Assembly: GCA_013239625.1 (NCBI GenBank)
Contig: MU053482.1
Coordinates: 4,663,775 to 4,727,774, forward strand
Length of the DNA stretch: 64,000 bases
DNA from: Lama guanicoe
Taxonomy: Eukaryota
Reading direction: 5' to 3'
The translations under genes were made by a program, and so were the position numbers. Positions 24,481 to 38,800 of the stretch are shown one piece after another. The notes beneath the pieces are model-generated. The model ran no database searches and was not told where the DNA came from. It saw nothing but the letters and a program-made list of their open reading frames with translations. Numbering within the stretch: position 1 is the stretch's first letter; each line of letters opens with the position of its first letter.

Positions 24481-26432
24481 CATAGCCGCCCACTTAAATG
24501 CCCCTCCTCTCCAAGGGCATCGAAGCTTGGGTTTGGAGTGTTGGTGGAAGTGGCTAGAGAAGGAAGGAGGGAGTGCCTGTTTGTGCTGACTGGGGTGGGT
24601 GGCGGCAGTGGCCTGCATGTCACCATCACCTACTCCCTGATGTGACTCACAGCCCATCAGCCACCTCCACGGACATGAACACTCAGACAGTTCCCACTGG
24701 AACTTCACACCTTCCTAATCTGTCCCACACTGAGCCAGATGGTGTTTGGTTTCGGGAACAGCCTGGAATGCAAAACTGACCTTTCTCTCTGAAAAAGAGG
24801 AAAGGATGAGATTTATTTGTGAAGCACCCTATGTTTGCTACAACTTACAATTCTCAAACAGCCATGCCCCCGATCTTACTAATAATCAAAGAAATAGAAA
24901 CAAAAAGAAGACAGAGGTGATCACCACTACCCACTGTAGGTGAGGGAGGGTTGGTGAAATTATCTCAGAAACTGCTGCTAAGAGCAAAATTAGTACAACC
25001 TCCTGGAGGAAAATTTGGCAACATCTCTCAAAATCTTGGATACGGACACCCTTTGACAGAGCAATTTGATTTCCAGGTTTTACATGATGAAAACACTTGC
25101 AATATTGCTCAAAAATATAGATAGATATCTATAGCAAAATTGTAAATAATTCATAAGATCTTTTTAAAACATTCAAAACACACAGAAATCTGTAAAGGAA
25201 AGGTCTGCAAAATTCAATTCCTCCAGAGATATCTACTAGTAATGATTTTTTTTTTTACATTTTGCCAAGCTCTTCTATGCATACTTTTTTTCTAAAAATG
25301 AGGTATTTTTATATAGTGTATAAAGCATATAAAGTATACCTCATATACTTTATATAGTAAATAACACGGCTCTGCAATTGCTTTTTCTTCACTTTACATT
25401 TTATTGAAGATGTCCTTTTATACTAACTTATATGAAACTCGTTTATCAAACTTCACAGTGTTTTGATTTTGCTTGTGGAATCATGTATATTTAATTAATT
25501 CCTTCTTGAAGGATATTTAGGTTGAAGACAGTACAATTTAATATAGCCAGGTCACAGTTCAAAAAGAAATGCTTACTCCTTAAAAACCGCTTACCCACAT
25601 CAACTGTATTTATTTGAGGAATGCTTATCCACTTCTCAGAATGATCCAGAGCTTCTCCATTTTCCCTGTAACTTTTTCTGACCGGACTACGGTATGAGAC
25701 TTGGCCAGAAACTACAAAGTCAATGCACATCTAGAAACACAAAAGTACCCACATGTCTGGTTATAGGCTGTGGAATCACACAGTCACACAAGACTGTCAT
25801 CACTCTTAGATCTGCAAGCTGGTTTCTATAGAAACCAGTATACGTCCTGCCAACCCAGGCCCATCCTGTAACCTGTCAGCACATGACCACCCCCTGTGCT
25901 TCTTGTCATTCATTAGGCCCCTCTTTCCCTCTGTATCCCCAGCACAAGACCAGACACGCAGGACTCGAGAGGACAAGACGCCCAGGGTGAGTCAAGCTCA
26001 AGGCTCAGGCTCAGAGCACAGAGCTTCCGGCCAAGCGCATTACTCAGAGGGCGAGGCAGGGCTCTGGAGAACTTAGCCCAAGGCCACAAACAGTGGGAAG
26101 AGGCCCCTGGAGTCCTGAAACACATCCTCAGCTTCCAGGGAAATTCCATTCTTTTTGCAGTAGGTTGCTGGGAACCAGGGGAGAAGCCAATCAGAAGTCA
26201 GTGTTAATTACTTTTCAATAATTATGAGCCTTACACAAAGAGCTTTTATAAACTGCACCTTACTAGACTCTCACTCAGTTTTGCGAGCTGAATCACAGAG
26301 CTTGTAAGAGTCAGGGCAGGTCTGAACCCAGGTGGGCCTCACACCTTGTTCAGACTTCCTCCTGCCCCCAGACAGACAGACAGGGAAGGGCTGCATTTCC
26401 TGGGATTTGGCCCCCTCACCATCACCCTCTTC

Positions 26433-26456
26433 ACACACACACACACACACACACAC
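26433..26456. repeat. (CA)n microsatellite
   Basis: Read directly. Confidence 0.95.
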
Positions 26457-29400
26457 CCAGCAGGACTCTCCAGGAGGCTGGGCCTTTGGACCCGTGTCCT
26501 CCCTTCGTGCATTTCTGCCAAAATAAACCCAATGACTCATGAGCTTTGTGCCCTCTGCAATTTCGTGAGGTTCATAAAGGTGGCTCCAGCCTCAGAAATC
26601 AGAGCAGAGGGAGCAGACAGAGCTTACTCCGTGCTGAGCGAACCAGCTGGGGGCAGAGGAGACCCTGAGGCCTACAGGGGAAGAGGCCATCAACCCGCTT
26701 CCTCTGCCCACACTCCTGCTGGGCCTCTTCGGGCTCCGAAGTGACAGGATGCTGACGGTGCAATGGGAAGCAAAGAAGTAAATCCTCAAGTTCAGCCGGC
26801 ACAGTTTGCCATCCCACTTCCCCGAGACTTCAACACAAGTAACAGCCAAAGCGTCCTCCCAGCAGAGAAGACGCTGGGCTCGCACTGGCGGAGAACTCCA
26901 CCGCCACTGTCCGCAGTGCGCTGCCTGCTCTGACCATTCTCCTGGACAAGGGAATCACGGGTCACTCAGATCACTGCCATCTTGAATCCGGGAGTGAAAT
27001 CTGTCTGCCTGTGCCCTCAGAAGTAGATGCTGCCTTGAGTGGTACCTTGGAGTTGGTTACATGTGATTGAATCTATAGGTTCAAGAGAGGTACGTTCAGC
27101 TGGGAAAGCAAACAAACCTGCTGTTTTAGATCCTATTCTAATGTGAAAACAGAGAAGACAACAAATGCACAACATGCTAAGCTCGGTAGCTCCGAGCTGT
27201 ATTTCAATTAGAGGACAAGTCCCTTCAAAATGGTGCAGTGGCTAACTGGGTCAGATGCTTCCTGTTTGGGGACACAGTTATGAACAAAAGCCTCCCATGT
27301 GTGCATAACGGCTCGTCTGCTCTCAGGCTGCCCACCCGCCACTTTCCTCCTAACCCCCTGCACGAAAGTAGCTCGGCGTCAGTCAGCCCACCCACTGGCC
27401 CGTGAAGGTAGACAGGCCGAGGGCTCCGCACAAAAGCCTCACAGAAGGACGTCAGGCCACATCACCGTCGCCGGGGCGCTCAGGTGAAATAACAGGCTGC
27501 CGCGGCCTCTCCCCCTCTGCACGTGAAAGTGAAAACAGACCAGCGCCCTGCACGCACCAAGCGAGGTTTCCAGACGGGCTTATCATCTTACTGCCTGCGA
27601 CTGGCCGTGGGCCTCCTCCGGTTACCATACATATGCATACACATCCCAGCGCTTGACGAAAGGAAAATGTGGGGCACTTGGTGATTATTTTTAATTGACT
27701 TCACCTGGGAATTTTAAATCCCGAAAATTTAGCTGCCATTTGCAGAAGGTTTGGGCAGCATATGATTTTGTCCCTTTGAACGGCAAGCCTCCCATTGCCA
27801 CCTAAGAGAGAGGCTCATCGGCACCAAACGCCTTTTTCAGAGCCAACTGTAAAAGTCATTAAGTTGTAAAATCACGGAATGGGATAGCAGTGACGATGTC
27901 CGACTGTCCTCAGCCCTTTGAAGGCAATCTAGCCTTTACATCTTCCCTCTCAGAAAAAGGAGCCCCACGACTCTGTAAAGATGATGCTTGAGCCCCTGCT
28001 CAGTTGTGCTGGGACAATGGTAACCCAGGAACCACAGAGGAGTCGGATGGAAGGATTCTGTGGGCATTTGAAACTAGACCTCGCTTCTCGGACTCCTGGC
28101 AAGGCGCCCCGACAACAAGCGAGGCTGTGTAGTGAGGGGACACACCACCGCTCCTGCCCTGTGACCCACTGCCATCCTTCATAGGTGGCTTGGAAAGTCT
28201 CCAGTCTGTTCTCTAAAGACCCATGGGATTCACTGGGCACTGGCCAGTCAAGCATCAGGTGCCCCAGGTCTCCTTCCTAGACAATCGAACTGGAATTTAT
28301 TCTCCTAGAAAAACTCTCTTGAGTTAATATACCAAGGGCCTGAGCAGGAATCTGGAAAAACTTGGTGAGTCTCTGCCCTCTGGGTCAACCTCTCGCATTC
28401 TCAGGACCATCGACACGGGGTCAGATTCTGCACTGCACGGAGGTGCCACTTACATCCTCCATCTCATGATGAACGCATGTGCCTGTGTAGGCACACATGG
28501 GGATTCTGGGCCTTGCGGCCAAGTCTGGGGCACAGACACACGGGCCACGCAGACTTGGCAAAACTGGGCAAACACGGAGGCTGCAGCCCACAAGTGCAGG
28601 CAGCTGCTCCCTGACCCTCGCAAACTCTTGGAGTCTTTGAGATCTTGTCTCTCACCCACCTGCCACTCTCACAGCTTTGGTTCCTCCAACCTCAGGGCTC
28701 AACACGTGACACAGCCACCTCACGTGGAGGGCAGGGGGAGCCCGGGATGTGCATCTGGCCCTCACAGCGGCGCTGCTGCCGTCCAGGCTCTGGGAGGCGC
28801 CCCCAGCACAGCTATACTACTGAGCAATCACACACCTTTTTCTTTCCTTTCACTTGAAGACAAAGGCTTTTTTTCTAACCCACAGCCCTGAGAGCTGTTT
28901 CCCCTGCCCCTCCACGGAGACTTAAATCTGGAATACTCTAAAGCTTTCCCCTCTTGACACCTTCTGCTTGTCTGGGCTTTTCTTTTCCTTTTCTTCTTCT
29001 CTCTTTCTCTTTTCCCACCTTCAAAAGCCAGCCTCTCTTCCCTCCTGCCCTTAGTCTATTTTTGTTTCATGGGCTTCTGTACTTTCGGAGTTGGGAGAGA
29101 TGGCAAAAGCCACTGTCTTATTTCAGGATGGGGAAACTGAAAGGTGACCTAGTTTATAAGTGACAAACTCATGCTTCCAGCCTCTGCCACCAGGTCTCTT
29201 GCCATTTGGCCACACGGCTTGCCCCCTGCCACCCCTGAGGTCCCTTGCATGGAAAGTCCACCATCACATGCAGCTGACTGGACTCCCCCCGCCCCAGCCT
29301 GCAGTAAAGTCAGTAAAGTGCCAAAAACGAGCAAAATGAACCCATCGACTGCCAGCCACGGCAACACCCTCAGGGTTACAGGTACGCAGCTTCTCTTCCT

Positions 29401-30244
29401 GCAAGAAGGCCCAGCGGGTCAGGGGAAACCCCTGATCCCCTCAGAAAGCCGGGGACGCGCTCTGCACCTCAGAGGGGAGGACCCTTGTGGTTGGAAACTT
29501 GCCTAAGGCACCTGCGCCCAGAGAGGCCGGCCCTTGCAGGCCCCACAGAGGAGGCACTGTCTGCAATGGACCAGGTCACCTGGTCGTTGTCTCACCGGGT
29601 CTCCGCAACCAAAGCTGGGCCCCTTTGCAAAGATGAAGGTCCACTGAGTTGCCTCTGGCCTGGGAGTCTGAAGGCCAGTGATCCTGCCTGGGTAAGCCCC
29701 TGACCCATGCCAGACCTTCTGTCTGTGCAATGACACCCCTGGCCACGTTCATAATCTGTCATTCTCTGAAAACCAGCCGGCCCTGGGACTGAGCAACAGG
29801 CCACCGAGTAGCAGGCCCCTTTCCCTTTCTGGCTCTCAAACTGCCAGGCCGGGGCTGGGGTTATAAATGACATGGGCCAGGCCAGAGGCTTTAGGGGATT
29901 TCCAGTCCAGGCTCACCAGTTCTTGTTACCAGGGACCTCAAACAATGCGCCCGGCACTTCCGCGTTCCCCTCCCAAGGCTGAGATGCAACTATGCAAATG
30001 ACAGTGGAATTGAATGTGTCTGTCATTTCTGGGGCCGACTGCACGGAGGCAGAGCCTGCTACCAGGCTGCATCTGTCTGGCCAGAAAAGGAGGAACTGGG
30101 GAACCTTGGCAGAAACAGGGCAGGAGAGGTGCACGGGAGCCAGCTCCCTCCTGCCGCGGCCCGCAGTCTGGGTCGCCCTCGACAGGCTGAGTGAGCTCAG
30201 GAGTGTGAGCCTCGGGTGTGGGTGCAGGGAGGATAACGACTCAC

Positions 30245-30328
30245 GTGGCTCCTTTTGCCTTCTTCATCGCCCATCGACGTAATGACCGTCTCTGAAAAGA
30301 CCATCTGTCCAGTCTGGTTGTTGGTGAT
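30245..30328 (-). CDS. DKK3: DKK3 coding exon 3 ([28 protein letters not shown])
   Basis: ctgcag|ATC acceptor, CAC|gtgagt donor, 84 nt. Confidence 0.97.
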
Positions 30329-32876
30329 CTGCAGGAGAACCGCACAGTGAAAGTGAAACAGAAGGAATTCTGAGCAAATTCCACAAGTTGGTTTTTTTTT
30401 GTTTTGGTGTTTTCCATTTGCTGAAGCAGGAGCATCTGCTAAAATAGGCAGAATGCCCACTCCCCCTCTCCCTGAGCTCCACCGGCGGTGTGGCCACGAG
30501 AGCACAGCACGGGGCACCCCGAGGCATGCAGCACACGGCCTGTCACCCTGCCAATACTCAGCACCTGTATTGCTCTTGGGGCCCATTCACTTGAAACTCA
30601 GCGTCCACTTTCCTTTGGACTACTCCAGGTCTGGGTATGGAATCGAATGACATTCAGGAGAAGAAAACAGGTTTGAGCCACAGCTGCCCTCTTCCTGATT
30701 CTGGGGACAGTTTCATTTCATCAAGAAAGTGCTTATATACAAGGGGAGGCCTGGCCCCCTCCTCCGCTATCGGTTGTCTGCCTCAGATTCTGCGATCAGG
30801 AGCAGGCACCACAAAGCTGAACCTCAGAATCCTGGGGTGGAAGCCAGGCCATTCCACTCCATCCAAGGCCATGTCTAATGTCTGTGTTGGTGAAAAGAAC
30901 AGAAAGAACGCTGGCCCAGGAGCTAAGTGATCTGTGTTCCCCGGGCCTTGGCTCGGACACCGACAACTGTCTAGCATGTAATGTGGAACAAGTCACTTCT
31001 GTTCTCTGATTCACAACTTTGTCATTTCTAGGTCATCTTTAAACTTCCTGCCAGTCCTAATATCACAAGTGCCTGCAGCCAAAGCCAAGTGGAAACTGTC
31101 AGCCTAGCGTGCAACCGTGGATCACATTCCAGCTCTAACTCCAGCTCCGAGGAGATAATCATCACGTTGTCAGCAACAGGCTTTAAATCTTTTATCTAAG
31201 TAACTCCTCTCTCCAGCAAAGAGATGTCTTCTTCCTTTATGCCAGATACTTACAGGACTGGCCAACGTTATATATATTGTTCATTGTCCAGCTCTGTATG
31301 TACAGGAATGAGAACTCCTCAGAGCCTTTACAATCCTACAGCATTATACTATGTCTTTATTATACTGTGCGTCTAGGAAGAGAACTGTGTACAATGTTTT
31401 CCAAATACATTTCACCACTGAGCCCCTCTTTCCTAAGGCATCACAGAGGACAGACGCTCCACTGAACCCGCTACTACACCATGCAGATAACATGACTTCA
31501 CCATAATACAACAGTAATAATGAGAACAACTTGCTGCTGCATCGCACTTCACAGTTTACATGACTCTCGTATACCTTAAGTTGTCTGACCCTCGGGAATC
31601 CGTCACATAGGGGCTGATATCCCTATTTCATTAGTGACGGTCATGAAACTGAAATAATTTTTCACAATCAGTTACTGGTAGGACTCACACTTGGGTATTC
31701 CGGTATCTACAGGGAGCAGATTTAAGAAGCAGCTGAACCTGTGAGCTAATTACTGTCAGAAAGGATGACTTCAGATTGGTTTTGACAAGAATAAAGCAAT
31801 CACTTTTGGAAACATTCTCTAGGCTTCCGATGAGCAATGCTAAAGGATCCTATTTGGCAGGTGACTCATTCATTTATCTGGGGTGGATGGGGGAGGGCAC
31901 GCCCTGGAGCTGGGCCCATCAGCATGCAGTGGGAGGAGAGCCACACAAAGGCTACTTTATAGTCAAGGCAGCAGCCCCTGAAAATTGACCCCTTTATCCT
32001 CTACGGCACAGAAATGCTATTGTTTCAACCCAGTCATTACCTGGGCACTTGAACAAAAGCAAGATTCTTTTGTGAGAGCCACTGTGGCCTTGCATGGAGG
32101 AGCTGAGATGGGATCAGAGGTCAAGCTCCCTGACTGGCACAACAGAAGGTCAGCTCTACAGCCTCTAGCAATGACCCTGAACATCCGCGCGCCAGGCTCT
32201 CTCCAAGAGAACACAGGCTGCACGGCTTGCACTCAGAGTCCTGCCAGAGTCACACAGGAGACACCTCACACCAGGGCACGCTAATGCCACGTTCCTCTAG
32301 ACAGAACAAATCTGCTTGTCCCTTGCACAGGACACTGGATGAAGAGACACTTAGACACGTGGTGGGCTGGAAAACACTCCGCCATAGAATTTTGAATGGA
32401 TAACCAGCAAACGGATGAATGTTTAATCTTGAGGCAACAGAGGCTTTCCCTTCTGGGGACTGAGTATATTGCATGTGAGTTCCTCCTAAGGAAACCGTGA
32501 AGATCTGTTCACCACAACATGATCTCTATTTCAACTCTCTATTGAAATATAGATAAAAACCTGTGAGATAAATTCCTCAAACTCAGTGCTAGAAAAGTAT
32601 CACTCTAGATACTTGTTCCTTTTTTCAGATGATAAAAAGCCCTCAGTTGGATCAGCAGGAAGATCAGAATCAACTTTATTGCTTAAATGCAAAAGCAATT
32701 TATGTTTTTGATACATATCTTTCCCCTTTAAATAGCTCCCTCACTCCTTCTGGTTTTTAACCTGTATTTCACCATCTCCACATGTATTTTTGGCTTGTGT
32801 ATCAAATATGTAAGCAAGACCTTAGTCCTCTGGTGGGACTAGGCGCGGCAGAAAGGAGGACCACGACCGCCCTTAC

Positions 32877-33014
32877 CTTGTGAATTTCTCGGTGGACGTG
32901 GATGGTGTTGTTTCCCACCTTGGTTTCCGTGTTGGTCTCATTGTGATAACTGGGAGGTAAGTGTGCCAGGTTCACTTCTGATGATGTTTTAGCAGCAGCC
33001 TCTTCTGCCTCCAT
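32877..33014 (-). CDS. DKK3: DKK3 coding exon 2 ([46 protein letters not shown])
   Basis: tttaatag|ATG acceptor, AAG|gtaagg donor, 138 nt, phase 0/0; N-glycosylation sequons NET and NNT. Confidence 0.97.
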
Positions 33015-33139
33015 CTATTAAATCAATGAATTTAATGAGCAATATTGTTTTCCCTTGATACAAATCAGAGTCCATTAGAAAAAAAAAGGAACCACGTCTC
33101 TTTTCCTCTTCTGCAGTGACAAGTAATGGTGGTGATGAC

Positions 33140-33340
33140 AGGTACTGTTACTTGAGTACCCAGTAGGACAAGACATTGTTCTAAATGTTTATGTAAACAT
33201 TGCCTTAAATCTCACAACCTCCCTATGAGGTGGGTGTTAATGTCCCCATTTTACAAATGGGATAACTGAGGCTCAGGAAAACTAGTTAACTTCTCAAAGA
33301 TTCTCAGTGAAGGGCAGAGCTGGGATCTGAGAAGCTTCCA
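33140..33340 (-). mobile_element. MIR SINE
   Basis: CTCACAACCTCCCTATGAGGT..CCCCATTTTACAAATGGGATAACTGAGGCTCAG. Confidence 0.7.
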
Positions 33341-33389
33341 CTGAACAGTCTTGACCCCTGTATGAATTCTCCTGGTGCCCCACCCATCT

Positions 33390-33798
33390 CCCCATGGTCT
33401 GGTTGGGAGGTCACCTGCATTCAATTCCCTTACGTGCCAACAACCAACCCTATCTCTCTCTGAGGGCATTCTCTGGCTGTGCAAGTGTGCTCAGTCTGCA
33501 CAGGACCTGAGGGTCAAGGACTGAACACCCCAGGAACAACCCTCAACCAGTGTAGGGCAGGTACAGGGGCTCCCTCTCCTCGCAGTGGGATAGCCTCTCT
33601 CCAAGGACCTCTGGCAGGATGGAGCCCTAGCCGTCCCAAGTAGTAATCTGTCCATCAGCACAGGGTTTACTGCTCGTCTTCTTTTCCATCTCACTTTCCT
33701 ACTTCCTCCTAGTGTTTCTGGGATCACATCGCAATAAAGTATTTACACCCACATCCTTGTGGCAGGGCCAGGTTGGGGAGGGGACCCAATCTAAGACA
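33390..33798 (+). mobile_element. ERVL LTR (LTR16-like)
   Basis: GGAACAACCCTCAACCA, CTGGGATCAC..AATAAA and terminal GGGACCCAATCTAAGACA. Confidence 0.6.
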
Positions 33799-35584
33799 GC
33801 CCTTTCCTCCCTGCAGGAAGGGCTACAGCTATGTCTCCTTCCTCACCCACCCCCGAGGACAAGAGGGACCCTTGTGAGGGTCAGGTGACTAGTTCCCAGG
33901 GTGCACCCTCCTTCTGGCTCTTCCTGCCCATGTGTCCTTTCCTGGGGCAGGTTTCCGAGGCCACTGTCTTCAGACCGTCAGTCTCCTGAGCCTCCATGAC
34001 ATCTATCCCAGATACGTCAGTCCACTCGAATTTGCACTCAATGTCCTGCTCTGGATTTATCTCCCAGCCTAAGCCCAGAGGAATGCCCAGGTGACAACAT
34101 GACCAGTCATAGCTGATTGGACTCAAACAGAGGCCACGTCATGGACTAGTTGAGCCAACTAGACACTCTCTCTAGGAATTTAAAATGAGAGACACAAAGA
34201 GAAGTTGTAGTTGGTAGTTGGTGGTTGGCGATTTTCCAACAGGGTGATCTTTGAGCTATGTTTATTCCTTAAAACGAATCCTCAAAAATATTTTCCTATT
34301 TAAATAAAAAAAATCACTGTCGTATGTAATGTAATTCCCTTCCATACAAAAGAAGGCCCCTCTTTTCCTGCCTTTCCCAACCAGATGTGCTGAGCGGGGT
34401 GTATATGGTGAAAGAATTCCCACGTCTCAGTGTAGCACAAAGAAGTGTTAGTAAAGTCTGGTCAGCATGAAGGCTCAGATAACCAAATGAGGACTTGGTC
34501 AGCAACCACCAGGTTTGACCCAACGACACCTCCTGAGATGTCTGAAGCCTGATCACTGGCTCCGTCCCCATGATCCCCATTCTCATCACAACAGCTGCCG
34601 AGCCTGGGCGTCACCTATGCCTGAGCCCTTGCCCCAGACCCTTCCGTATCTCCTCAGTTACTCACAGCAGGAAGTGTTATTACTCTCACTTGGCAGATGA
34701 AGAAAACTACGAGGCTGACAAAGGCTAAGGAATCTGCCTAAAGTCATCACATTGTAAGTGGCGAAGCTTGGATTAGAACTCAGGGCAGTCTGACTCCAAA
34801 TTACGTGTCTATCCCAGTGTATCATTCTGCTCATGTTTTTACTGGGGAAACAGGACAGCCCCAAGCAAGCAAGTTTGAGGATGATCATGACAGTCTCTGG
34901 AAGCAAGTCAGGGGTTCAAAGAAGAGAGAAAAAAGGCTTCCAGGTGGAGGAGGAGGCATGATTAGACTGGTCTCAAAGGACAGGAATGATTTGGACAGAG
35001 GGGAGCACAGAGGAGGCGAAACTGTGGCACCTGGATGAGAACGGTATGTTTTGGGCGAGGGCAGGGGGTACACCCTGGACCCTCACTGGATAAAGTGATG
35101 GCTGATGAAGTAGAGATGGGCTGACAGGTGGAGCCATAGGCAGTTCTAAAGCAGAGGGTGTTGGCCTTGTTCCCAATCAACACTTGCCCAAAACGTGGGA
35201 GGAGAGAAAAAACACATACCTGGATCCCTTCCAGCCCTGCTGAATTACAATTTCAGGGGGGACCCCACACACCAGTGCGTTTCCCAGATGACTCTGAAGT
35301 ATTCCCTCCCCTCTGCTCTTCCCTGGGTAAGAAACTCTGCACCAAGCCATGGGGGGTTGCAGCAAGTTCTGAAGACTAGCTGGGAGACAATACAGAGTCC
35401 AAGGAAGGAAGAGAACAGAGCAAGGGGACTGGCTAGAAGCAGGCTGGGTGTCAGAGCTTATATCTGGGGAGGGGCCTCCTAGGTGGTAAAGGCTCCAAGT
35501 AAATCTACAAGGACCGGGCCGCTGAGAGCTGGCCACCAGGTAAGGCAAGAAGTCGCCCCCAGCCTCATCAGAGGGCAGCACAGT

Positions 35585-35800
35585 AGAGTGTGCCCAGGTT
35601 TTAGAGTCAGGGAACGTGGGGCCAAGTCCCAGCTCTGCCACAAAGTAGCCACGTGACCTTGGGCAAGACACCAAATACCTCTCTAAACCTCAGCTCTCTT
35701 GTTTGTAAAATGGGGGTGATTCTATTTTGTTGAGCAGATGTAAGATTGAGGACCACGAAATCCAAGTGCTTGGTACAGTATCTGCCACCCAGCAAAGGTG
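35585..35800 (+). mobile_element. MIR SINE
   Basis: TCCCAGCTCTGCCAC..GTGACCTTGGGCAAG..CCTCAG..TGTAAAATGGGG. Confidence 0.7.
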
Positions 35801-38800
35801 CAGTGCATAGCTACTTGCATAATATAGTCCCTGAAGAAAGTGGTTCTAGAAGCAGCTAGTTTGCCAGGGAATGTTCGATTAGAAGTGGAAAGAGGACATA
35901 GTGGATAACGTGTGTTTGAAGGGCTTGCTAAGAAATGGAATGAAGCTAAGATTGGATGCTTAAAACTAGGAAAAGGGCTTCTAAATTTGTTTTAAGCAAG
36001 AGATCCTGGCATGTGTAGCAACACAAAAGATACAGCTGGAAAAGAACAGCAGCCTGGAGATGCTGGGGAGGGGGGCTATATCCAGAAGGAGAAGGGAGTG
36101 TTTTAATGTTTTCAAAATTCCCATAGGAATCGGAATCCTGCAGTTCGGCTTTCAAGTAACTGACAAGTTACCAAATCTGGAATTTGCTCAGGGCTGAGCA
36201 GACAGTCTTTATAGAAAACCATCTCTCTCTTAACCAGTAGTTATTTCCACAGAATGAGCTAACAGCTCTTCCAAGGCACCATGAACTAAAGTACAGTTTA
36301 CAATGGAAACTTCAACCACAACTATTACTGCCACTAGCAGGAGAAACTTAAGCCTGAAGCAATAGGACTTGTTTCATAGAGAAGGAATGTGAATATTATT
36401 TAAAATAACATCTGAGGTTGGTTGAATCTGTGTTTGTTAAAGAAGCACAGTAAGAAAAATTGGAGAGGTAACTGGGGTTCTTCCTCACATAGGAGGGGTG
36501 AGCAGAGCATTCCAAAATATGCCAGTTACAGATAAGGCAATGACCGGAGGGGGCAGTGATTTTAGCCTCAAAATACATTTATCAATAACACATAGAATAA
36601 TAAAACAGGAAGACAGGAAGAGCCCAAACCACACCATTTAAAGATTTGCTTCCCTTCAATAATGATGCTACAAGTAGAGTTAACTTTTTCCCCTTAAGAG
36701 AAATCAACAGCTTGAGTCAGCTGAATATTTTAAATGTCAGGAAGTTACTTGAAAGCAGATTCATGATGCAACTATGCAAACAATTAATGCATCTGGCCGT
36801 GGGTCCTCTTGGCTCTTCCCAGGGATGACAAGTAAATAGCAACTATCTTGTGTTTATGAGATTTAAGGGGCTTTCTGGTAGTCTTTTTTTAAAAAAATTA
36901 ATAGTAATAGCCGTGATCTATTGAGAATCTATTATATATTGGACCCTGCTGGTCCTTTTTTATTATTCATAGTAGTACTATTAACATGATGATAATGATA
37001 GTCATTGTTTACTGAGAACCAACAATTTCCCACAGTCCTTATAACAACCACACAAGCGGGCAACTTACACGACACCAATTTTACTTAACCCCATTTCAGA
37101 TGGTCAGATAACTTGCTTTACTTGCATCCCCTCATTTACTTCTCCCCTTTACCCCTAGGAGTACACTTTTCCCATTTTAGAGCCTGGATCCCATCGCTAG
37201 TAAGTGGCAGAGCTGGGATAAGATAAAGGAAGGTTGGTGCACACTGAGTAGGGTAGGGGTAGCAGACAATGTCTCCCCTGGTGGCAAACTGCAGCCAGCC
37301 TATCTGCACAAGTCAAGCAGAGCCATGGCTGGAGAAAGAAGGCCGGAGCCCAGGCATAGCCAACGCGGACAACTCCCTCGGAGTGGACACCACTTCCCAT
37401 ATCCCGCTGGGCCCCAAACTGCTATGATCAACGAAGAGGCTGAAGAGCCTCCTGCCACTCCCCCATCCCCCTCACGGGGGGCTGCCGGCAGAGAACCATG
37501 CTGCACGGGCAAGGTCACACTGAGTAAGAATGTGGAGGTGACTTGGTCAGTCTAAGAATCCATGTGCAGCAGGGAAAGTTCTAGAACCCAGAGAAGAAAA
37601 GCAGAGACCTGCTCTGGGACTAGAAGGCTCATGAGCTCAGTTCAGTTTGAAGGTGCAGAGTTAAGAGACATTGGGGCCTATCTGACTCCCCCACCTCTTT
37701 CATTGTCCCATGTCATGATTCTTCTGCTTTCACAGGAAACAAAGTCCACGGGTTTTGGAATCTGGCCTGCCCAGTGGGCATTCAGGTACAGCTGCCCACG
37801 TAACTGCCTCCCAATCTAGTGTCCCCTTCACTAGTGTCCACTGGGTTGACTGCTGTGGGAAGGAAGGAGAAATAGCCCCAAACGATAGAGGGCTGGAGGA
37901 AGAAAGTCATCTCTCCTGGTTGGCCAGAGCCAGCTTTGAGGCTCTGCCCAAATGCAACGTGGAGAAGCAGGGATGTGGAGGTGCCTGACCTACCAGCCTG
38001 GACATCTGGTCTTTCACTGACTCCTTCCCTAGGATGGCTGGTTTCTCTCCAAAGACAGGCTGTAGCCAGAGCCAGGCCCAACGGTGGCCATGCCCACCCA
38101 CCCCAGGCAGCAGGGCTACCTGGCTGCAAGAGCTGGGCCAGCTACACCTCCTGTGCAAGCAGCCCTGGCAATGTGTGGGTGCCCACCCTAGAGGATACCA
38201 TCTGTAGTGTTTGCACCTGGGAGGCGATGAAAGGAAGAAGCCAGGCAAAGTTTTCCCAAGGTATCTGGTCTCTGATACTAACAGCTGCTGTATATCATGC
38301 AGCTACTATACGCCAGGGGCCACACATATCATAGATTTAATTCTCACGGGAAACTGAGGTACAGGATCTTAAGGGAATTGCCAAATGCCACCTTGCTGCT
38401 GAGGGACAGAGGAGACCTTGAGCCCAGGACTGACTCCAGAGCACTCTTGGGGTGGGGTTGGGCTGGGGGCCTGCCCTTCACACTGCCCCTCCTCCTCTCA
38501 CCCACCCTCTAACAATTGACACTGCTGGGCTTTGGGGCTCCTAGTTTCCTTCTCAGCCCCACATGGCACTTGAGAAAGCCCAGACAGACTACCCAGCCAA
38601 GCTCAGGGCTCTTTGTCGCCTTATGGCGCCTTGTTTCTTGGGAACATGACAAGCTCGAAGCCCAACAGACAAGCTAGAACTTGAGATGCCTGGAGCTTCC
38701 TCTGCAAAACCAAAGCGCTAGACTACCAGGGCCCTTACAAGCATCCATTTAAAATAGGATGAGGCCAACTGCACACCTGAAGATAGTTGTGGGGTGATGG

